Both the position numbers and the translations under genes were made by a program. The notes under the pieces were generated by a model that saw nothing but the letters and a program-made list of their open reading frames with translations, made no database searches and was not told where the DNA came from. Of a stretch of DNA of 64,000 nucleotides, positions 55,652 to 64,000 are shown piece by piece. Source of the stretch: Eledone cirrhosa (Eukaryota); the NCBI GenBank assembly GCA_964016885.1, contig OZ024754.1, forward strand, positions 44,702,001-44,766,000, given 5' to 3'. How positions within the stretch are numbered: position 1 is the stretch's first letter; each line of letters starts with the position of its first letter.

Positions 55652-57391
55652 TACCCCAGTGATATATCATATGATAACAGTCCTAGACTATACCCCAGTG
55701 ATATATCATGTGATAACAGTCCTAGACTATACCCCAGTGATATATCATATGATAACAGTCCTAGACTATACCCCAGTGATATATCATGTGATAACAGTCC
55801 TAGACTATACCCCAGTGATATATCATATGATAACAGTCCTAGACTATACCCCAGTGATATATCATGTGATAACAGTCCTAGACTATACCCCAGTGATATA
55901 TCATATGATAACAGTCCTAGACTATACCCCAGTGATATATCATGTGATAACAGTCCTAGACTATACCCCAGTGATATATCATGTGATAACAGTCCTAGAC
56001 TATACCCCAGTGATATATCATATGATAACAGTCCTAGACTATACCCCAGTGATATATCATGTGATAACAGTCCTAGACTATACCCCAGTGATATATCATG
56101 TGATAACAGTCCTAGACTATACCCCAGTGATATATCATGTGATAACAGTCCTAGACTATACCCCAGTGATATATCATATGATAACAGTCCTAGACTATAC
56201 CCCAGTGATATATCATGTGATAACAGTCCTAGACTATACCCCAGTGATATATCATATGATAACAGTCCTAGACTATACCCCAGTGATATATCATGTGATA
56301 ACAGTCCTAGACTATACCCCAGTGATATATCATATGATAACAGTCCTAGACTATACCCCAGTGATATATCATGTGATAACAGTCCTAGACTATACCCCAG
56401 TGATATATCATATGATAACAGTCCTAGACTATACCCCAGTGATATATCATGTGATAACAGTCCTAGACTATACCCCAGTGATATATCATATGATAACAGT
56501 CCTAGACTATACCCCAGTGATATATCATGTGATAACAGTCCTAGACTATACCCCAGTGATATATCATATGATAACAGTCCTAGACTATACCCCAGTGATA
56601 TATCATGTGATAACAGTCCTAGACTATACCCCAGTGATATATCATATGATAACAGTCCTAGACTATACCCCAGTGATATATCATGTGATAACAGTCCTAG
56701 ACTATACCCCAGTGATATATCATGTGATAACAGTCCTAGACTATACCCCAGTGATATATCATATGATAACAGTCCTAGACTATACCCCAGTGATATATCA
56801 TGTGATAACAGTCCTAGACTATACCCCAGTGATATATCATGTGATAACAGTCCTAGACTATACCCCAGTGATATATCATGTGATAACAGTCCTAGACTAT
56901 ACCCCAGTGATATATCATATGATAACAGTCCTAGACTATACCCCAGTGATATATCATGTGATAACAGTCCTAGACTATACCCCAGTGATATATCATGTGA
57001 TAACAGTCCTAGACTATACCCCAGTGATATATCATATGATAACAGTCCTAGACTATACCCCAGTGATATATCATATGATAACAGTCCTAGACTATACCCC
57101 AGTGATATATCATGTGATAACAGTCCTAGACTATACCCCAGTGATATATCATGTGATAACAGTCCTAGACTATACCCCAGTGATATATCATGTGATAACA
57201 GTCCTAGACTATACCCCAGTGATATATCATATGATAACAGTCCTAGACTATACCCCAGTGATATATCATGTGATAACAGTCCTAGACTATACCCCAGTGA
57301 TATATCATGTGATAACAGTCCTAGACTATACCCCAGTGATATATCATGTGATAACAGTCCTAGACTATACCCCAGTGATATATCATGTGAT
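55652..57391. repeat. 39-bp highly homogeneous minisatellite, about 44 copies
   Basis: Unit cagtcctagactataccccagtgatatatcat(a/g)tgataa with a single variable site. Confidence 0.96.
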
Positions 57392-57467
57392 GATATAGCC
57401 GCAAAACTCTACCATGGCGATATATTTAGCCTAAAAATCTATTTTGATTCTCATACTGTTTTATCTA

Positions 57468-57731
57468 TCTTCTTCTTCTTCTTCTTCTTCTTCTTCACCG
57501 CCCACTTATTCCTGAGAGGGTCGTGGGGGCCAGAGTCCTCAAACACCCCTTCCAGCAAGTCCTGTCAGAAGCAACCCTCTCCAACTGATCCTGCTGGATC
57601 CCCAAGCGTGACCATCCAAGCTCATGTATGTTATCCAACCATCTTACTCGGGGTCTACCCCAGGGTCTACCCTTGGGTCTCCTGGCGGTTGCTTTTGCCA
57701 GAGACATTCTACTTTGTCTTGTGTCCCGCAA
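57468..57731 (-). mobile_element. 3' fragment of a third LINE with (GAA)n tail
   Basis: RPKGRPWGRPRVRWLDNI..GWSRLGI C-terminal LINE motif followed by (gaa)9. Confidence 0.7.
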
Positions 57732-57968
57732 ATAAATAATGATGCCAACATTCCAAACAATTCTTTATATATATATAAAGGAGCGATCGACTTTCGTCAA
57801 ATCGGACCGAGGAAACAGTGTTTCCATTGGTCTTTCCAGTTGCTAATACTATCTATTGGTCACAACTCCAGGTAGAAGGAGCAACGTGAAATAAAGTGTC
57901 TTGCTCAAGGACATAACGCATTTCCCGGTCCGGGAATCGAACTCACAACCTCACGATTGTGAATCCAT

Positions 57969-58035
<67 letters not shown>

Positions 58036-58092
58036 GGAAAAAATGAAATTTCATTTCTCACTCTTAGTACGGCTGATACTTAAATATAAGTA

Positions 58093-58739
58093 TGTATACG
58101 TACATACATATATGTATACAGACGTACAGTAGTATGTATGTACATACATACATGCACACATATATATATCTACGTATGGGTTTACCGAACATTTATTATA
58201 ATGTTCGGTTTGTTTGTAAACAAACAGCCCGAATTAAGCCGTACAGTGTTCGGCAACCATCGTTGCTCTTTTGTTCAACACTGACAAGGGAACGATGAAC
58301 TAGTTTCTAGCTTATTAGCTGTCATCAGCACCGTAAAGCTTCCTGTCAGTCGATTGAACGTTTGAAAGTATATACTTTCCTTATGCATATTAACGGCTGA
58401 GCAGCCTAATTTGCATATTGAGTGAGTTAGTCGGCCGGGCGTACCGAAAACGATAAATGGTATATACTTTCAAACGTTCAATCGACTGGCAGGAAGGTAT
58501 ACGGTGCTGATGACAGCTAATAAGCTAGAAACTAGTTCATCGTTCCTTTGTCAGTGTTGAACAAAAGAGCAACGATGGTTGCCGAACACTGTACGGCTTA
58601 ATTCGGGCTGTTTGTTTACAAACAAACCGAACATTATAATAAATGTTCGGTAAACCCATACGTACATATATATATGTGTGCATGTATGTATGTATATACA
58701 TACTACTGTACGTCTGTATACATATATGTATGTACGTAT

Positions 58740-58742
<3 letters not shown>
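58093..58742. repeat. Long foldback inverted repeat (283-bp arms, 84-bp spacer)
   Basis: 58093-58375 is the reverse complement of 58460-58742 with only a handful of mismatches. The ORF track gives near-identical peptides on opposite strands. Confidence 0.95.
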
Positions 58743-58787
<45 letters not shown>

Positions 58788-59124
58788 ATCAATATCTATG
58801 TGTGCGTGTGTGTGTGTATCAATATCTATGTGTGCGTGTGTATGTGTGTCAATCTGGGTGTGTCTATGTATACATCTGTATGTGTAACTGTGTGTATCTG
58901 TGTGTGTGTGTGTCTGCAAATAAGTATCTGTGTATCTGCGTATGTGTTTGCAACATATACATGCTTTCGTTTTCTTTTCTTAGAGAAACCCAATCTCAAG
59001 ATGTTTTCATTTTCTGTTTTGATTCTGTTTCAGCTTTCCTTTACCAAAGTTGGGTTGACGTAGCGTTCTTGGAGGTTGTGACGTTGGCAGCGGAGGCGGT
59101 GCTGGTACATTGCTGTTACACAGA

Positions 59125-59900
59125 ACAGCCACAGGAGACTGGATTATACGGGGTAGTTTTAATACCCGAGATTAACAGTCACAGGAGACTAGAATATACT
59201 GGGTAGCGTTAATACCCGAGATTAACAGTCACAGGAGATTGGAATATACTGGGTAGCGTTAATACCCGAGATTAACAGTCACAGGAGACTGGAATACCCG
59301 AGATTAACAGTCACAGGAGACTGGAATATACTGGGTAGCGTTAATACCCGAGATTAACAGCCACAGGAGATTGGAATATACTGGGTAGCGTTAATACCCG
59401 AGATTAACAGTCACAGGAGACTGGAATATACTGGGTAGCGTTAATACCCGAGATTAACAGTCACAGGAGACTGGAATACCCGAGATTAACAGTCACAGGA
59501 GACTGGAATATACTGGGTAGCGTTAATACCCGAGATTAACAGCCACAGGAGATTGGAATATACTGGGTAGCGTTAATACCCGAGATTAACAGTCACAGGA
59601 GACTGGAATATACTGGGTAGCGTTAATACCCGAGATTAACAGTCACAGGAGACTGGAATACCCGAGATTAACAGTCACAGGAGACTGGAATATACTGGGT
59701 AGCGTTAATACCCGAGATTAACAGCCACAGGAGATTGGAATATACTGGGTAGCGTTAATACCCGAGATTAACAGTCACAGGAGACTGGAATATACTGGGT
59801 AGCGTTAATACCCGAGATTAACAGTCACAGGAGACTGGAATACCCGAGATTAACAGTCACAGGAGACTGGATTATACTGGGTAGCGTTAATACCCGAGAT
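59125..59900. repeat. 50-bp minisatellite with 182-bp higher-order repeat
   Basis: Unit acaggagactggaatatactgggtagcgttaatacccgagattaacagtc. A 32-bp deletion variant recurs at 59281, 59463, 59645 and 59827. Confidence 0.92.
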
Positions 59901-60354
59901 ATCACCACGATACTTTATCAAATACTGTGATTGCGTTTTCTCATCTTGTGACAATTGTTGATGTTTTGCTGGTGATTAAAACGACGGATTTACTTGGCAT
60001 GAACAACGACAGTCTTGAAACATTTTCCAGTTTCTGACACACTCATTCTATATTCTTTGTTTCATATTCTTTCATTTATGTCGAGTTTATGTTTTGAAAA
60101 AAAAAAAGGACCTTTTTTAACTTTTTAGAATCATTGAAAAATTTTTTTTTTTTTTTTTTTTGCAAATAAATTAGCAATTATTACATAATTATTAAGCACC
60201 CTACCCCCATAAAAAAACAAAACAGACAAAATCAGAAAATTCAAAATAGATATTTTACATTGTCAAATGAAATCTGAGAAAGAGTTCATTCTTAGTTGCC
60301 AACTCAAAATAAGATAAAATATAAAGTTTTCTTTTCTTTTTTCATTTAACATAA

Positions 60355-60445
60355 TTTAACCACGGATTTATAGCCTTTTAATTCTCACAACCAAGAGTTA
60401 AGAATTACCTATATATATATATATATATATACCAAGAGTTAAGAA

Positions 60446-60481
<36 letters not shown>

Positions 60482-60528
60482 TTCTTAACTCTTGGTCGTG
60501 AGAACTAAAGACTATCAGTTTGTGATTA

Positions 60529-60568
<40 letters not shown>

Positions 60569-60612
60569 TAACCACGAACTGATAATCTTTAGACTATCAG
60601 TTTGTGGTTAAA

Positions 60613-60650
<38 letters not shown>

Positions 60651-60700
60651 TAATCACAAACTGATAATCTTTAGTTCTCACAACAGTTAAGAATTACCTC
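60355..60700. repeat. Cluster of inverted duplications centred on (TA)n
   Basis: For example accaagagttaagaatgtgc(at)n gcacattcttaactcttggt (60431-60496), and atcagtttgtg.ttaaact(at)n agtttaa.cac.aactgat twice. Confidence 0.9.
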
Positions 60701-60979
60701 CCTTATTTTATGACCCCCCCCCCTCCTCCACCCAAGATTGTAATGATGTCACATTATCTTAACTAACTTCATACGCTGTTATCTATTGTTTCATTTAAAG
60801 TAGTAGTAACTATTTTCTTGTTCTTTTGAACTGCCGCCTGAAGCCACTTCATTTCTACACCAGAATTTTATTTCCTCTTATTTAAACAAAACAAATCTGA
60901 ATTAAATCCATATCTATATTAAAACAATAGTGCAGTAGGTTCTACTTACATACTTCAAGTGATTTTAAAGAAACTGCAA

Positions 60980-61043
<64 letters not shown>

Positions 61044-61199
61044 TAATAATAATAAAAAGGACGGAGTGTTAGATCTTGATTACATTTGATGAGCGTTTCG
61101 CGATTGATCAAGGTTCAATCTGTATCGATTTGTCCCCACTCTGGAATCCGAAGCTCGTCGGACTTCTGTGAACCTACAGTAACTGGACGTAACAATCCC

Positions 61200-61248
<49 letters not shown>

Positions 61249-61350
61249 ATATATAGGAAAAGAGTCAGGACCCCGACGGCTGATCTCCGGCCGTTTTGAC
61301 AGCTAGAGCCGAACTAAGCCACCAATAGATATATATATACTGACTAAAAA

Positions 61351-61989
61351 ATGAGACATTCAAATTGTCAACCAAGCATGTACTGTCACACAGCTCCAAC
61401 GTCATCGTCTGATACCAAGTCGAAGGTTTTACAAATTGTTTTAGATAACAAACAATATTTAAACGAAGGGAAGTGGTACTATGTCGAACTAGACATGGAC
61501 AAGGCGCACCATAAATTATTAAATACTAAAAATGGAACATTTCTCTTAAGAAACAGTCTGAATTCGAACAGTAGGTTTGCTCTGTCAGTGAAAACTTTCA
61601 ACAAAGTTGTCAGTATGAAAATCGTTTCTCGCTATAATTTCTTCCATATAGATTGTGTAAAAGAAGCGGAAAATAGGATACCTCTTTTCCAAACTGTTGT
61701 TGAACTTGTACAGTTTTATTCCAGGCGGCCCTCAAACCAAAACCAACATGGGCAAGTGTTACAACATCGTTGGTGTTGGTTTGATAAATCTGCAAAGAAA
61801 CATATTCCGATAGTGCTAGGAGTTCCATTGAAACACTCAATACCGACATTGAAACATCTCTCTAGGCTTGTGGTCAATCAAACTGTAGAGGAAAATGAAG
61901 TAGAGATCCCACTTCATTATTTAGTAAAAAAACTACCCCTACCAACCTACCTTAAAGACTATATCAGTTCCTATCCATTTGTTATTTAA
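61351..61989 (+). CDS. Suppressor of cytokine signalling (SOCS2/CISH-like), SH2 + SOCS box, 212 aa, single coding exon
   Basis: SH2: KWYY...AHHKLLNTKNGTFLLRNS...FALSVKT...F.TVVELVQFY. SOCS box: PTLKHLSRLVVNQ...LPLPTYLKDYISSYPF. Confidence 0.9.
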   Translation: MRHSNCQPSMYCHTAPTSSSDTKSKVLQIVLDNKQYLNEGKWYYVELDMDKAHHKLLNTKNGTFLLRNSLNSNSRFALSVKTFNKVVSMKIVSRYNFFHIDCVKEAENRIPLFQTVVELVQFYSRRPSNQNQHGQVLQHRWCWFDKSAKKHIPIVLGVPLKHSIPTLKHLSRLVVNQTVEENEVEIPLHYLVKKLPLPTYLKDYISSYPFVI

Positions 61990-62150
61990 TGCTTCCATTA
62001 ACACACTCAGATTAACAAAAACCTGCATGAAGAGAAACTAAACCAGGCAACATATCAACATTTAAAACGAAATCACGTAAAATGCTTTCTATTTATTTAT
62101 CCACAATATTTATTATCAAAATATTTAATTGAAATTTTCGACCTAAAAAC

Positions 62151-62369
62151 GGGCGGTGGATTGGCAGTATCGGTAGAGGGTCGGACGCCATGCTTTGCAG
62201 CATAGAGTTACGACCCTTTATGATCTGAGTTCAAATCCCGCCGAGGTTAACTTTGCCTTTCATCCTTACAGGGTCAATAAAATAAAGTACCAGTCACGCA
62301 CTGGGGTCGATTTAATCGACTTTCCCCTCCCCACAAAATTGCTGGCCTTGTGCCTATAAAGAAAAAGAG
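62151..62369 (+). mobile_element. tRNA-derived SINE (family B), full length
   Basis: ggattggcagtatcggtaga..tctgagttcaaatcccgccgaggttaactttgcctttcatcctt..aaagtaccagt. Imperfect TSD attttc(g/a)acctaaa. Many copies at about 2470, 10720, 12020(-), 12240(-), 28810, 32685, 40700-41040, 54305, 62825. Confidence 0.85.
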
Positions 62370-62519
62370 ATTTTCAACCTAAATATATATTAAAAGGCAA
62401 ATAATTGTTTGTTTTTAGCGTAATCTGTATTTGATTAATTACATTTGTTAATTAGTGTTTATTTCTGTTGTTGGTAAGCCTTAAGTTTAAGTTCTTTATC
62501 TTTACCTTTAATAACCTTC

Positions 62520-62550
<31 letters not shown>

Positions 62551-63175
62551 ACTGGGACGTTAAAGTCAAAGATCACCCTATTGTTATCCAAGATATTATT
62601 AGACGACGGCTTATTGCCCGAAGCACCAATATTCACATTTCTCCATAACATAGTAACTTATCTGTTAAGAACTTTACTAACTCAAAGACTTTTGTCTACA
62701 TATTCTCCATCATCCACAGTGGTCACAGTTTTCCTCGAACGGGTTCTTATTCACAACATATTTATGTATTTATGTATGTTTTTAAAAAAAAATGTGTAAA
62801 TTTTTATTATTATATCCGAGTGTAGGGCAGTGCATTGGCAGTATCGGTAGAGCGTCGGACACCATGCTTTGCAGCATAGAGTTACGGCCCTTTACGGTCT
62901 GAGTTCAAATCCCGCCGAGGTTAACTTTGCCTTTCATCCATACAGGGTCGATAAAATAAAGTACCAGTAATACACTGATATAATTGCTGGCCTTGTGCCA
63001 AAAGTAGAAACAATTATTATTTAATTGGAGTGTGTGTTTGTGGGGAGGGCTTCAGAAAACGAATAATTTACGATAGTTTTGAAGGCTTCGTTCAAAAGAC
63101 ATGTTAAAAATCATAGAAAAACACATATTTCACCTTCAAAATTTTAACCAATCCTATCAACTAACTACCTTTAAT

Positions 63176-63848
63176 ATCATCATCATCATCATCATCGTTT
63201 AACGTCCATCTTCCACACTTGCATGGGTTTGGACGGGAATTTTCCCACTTGAGGCAAGATTGGTTGTCTTGCTCGTATAGGACTGTCTGGCGGGTTTTCT
63301 ACGGCTGGATGCCCTTCCCAACGCCAACCACATTTACAGTGTGAACTGGGAGGTTTTTACCGTGTTACCTACATGGCCACATTACAGCGTGGACTGTGTG
63401 TCTTTTTTTGTCGTGACACCTACATGACCTCATTTATTCCGGACTGGATGTTGTGGTACCAACATAACTTTACATTGAAAGGGGTGGTGTGGATGAGGTG
63501 GGGGTGGTGGAACGGGGGGGGGGGTATTTTTGTTAGAGGTGCCTACTGACTGTAGGTTTCGCTTTGTACTTAGGCAAGGCGGGTCTTCCATATTACTGTG
63601 TAGCGCCAAAGATCTCGGTCCAGTGACATTGTCTTGGAGAGGTGTAAGTGTGTGAGGTCGGAATTTATCAAGTCGTCCCAGGTTTTTCTGGGTCTGCCTA
63701 CTCCGTGGCTACCGTCTATTTTGATCGCCCTGCACTTTTTTATACAGCTGTCGTCTTTCATGCGCATCACGTGACCATACCAACATAGTCTTCTCTCGAG
63801 TAAACAACATCTGATCCCTCTTATTTCTAATTTCTCCCTTAGTTCATT
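63176..63848 (-). mobile_element. 3' fragment of the same RTE-like LINE family with complete 3' UTR and (GAT)n tail
   Basis: [52 protein letters not shown], nearly identical to 26480-26903. Continues to ggacgttaaac(gat)n. Confidence 0.9.
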
Positions 63849-64000
63849 TATATATATATATATATATGTGTAAATGAAGTAATTCCATCGGAAAAGTCCA
63901 GGAAAAAAGAGTGCTCTATGTAGGTAACAGAGCTTAATAGTTATGTAATAAACAACATAAGACAATTATTCCATTTACCAGTGGTTTCTTAAAAGCAAAA

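Noticed and set aside
55659-57398. 579-aa repeat ORF and CRISPR-like appearance
   Set aside because: Head-to-tail 39-bp units with no unique spacers, no cas genes, and a eukaryotic context.
61085-61165. Minus-strand CCGACGAGC..GCGAAACGCTC hammerhead-like motif
   Set aside because: The cleavage triplet and stem I cannot be formed convincingly.
62524-62547. A24 tract as the poly(A) remnant of a SOCS retrocopy
   Set aside because: No TSD is evident, A/T runs are common here, and SOCS genes of this class often have a single or few coding exons.

Overview
Eukaryotic (metazoan) genomic DNA, very AT-rich and saturated with microsatellites, minisatellites, SINEs, MITEs and LINE fragments. The repeat families look like those of an octopus or other coleoid cephalopod (inference). 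Three protein-coding genes are supported, all on the + strand. (1) 5597..7234 is an intronless argininosuccinate lyase (ASL)-fold ORF. It has gained an N-terminal hydrophobic anchor or signal and a glycosylatable stem, and has lost the catalytic His, the GSSxMPxKxNP loop and other substrate-binding motifs while keeping the scaffold. It is a candidate secreted or membrane pseudoenzyme and the most unusual object in the window. (2) Rtf1 (PAF1 complex), reconstructed by hand as 17 coding exons from 16049 to 41208 (2109 nt, 702 aa, all GT-AG and phase-consistent). (3) 61351..61989 is an SH2+SOCS-box (SOCS2/CISH-like) gene, with a candidate tandem STAT (GAS) plus IRF promoter about 7.7 kb upstream. 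Also present: a dead RTE-type LINE with a PHD-like finger inside its RT, Penelope-type hammerhead ribozyme motifs, a 283-bp-arm foldback element, (TA)n-centred inverted duplications, a MITE-seeded 72-bp minisatellite and an intronic array of 12 perfect consensus estrogen response elements. Almost all other ORFs in the supplied track are artefacts of simple repeats. All comparisons with known proteins and motifs are from memory; no database search was run.
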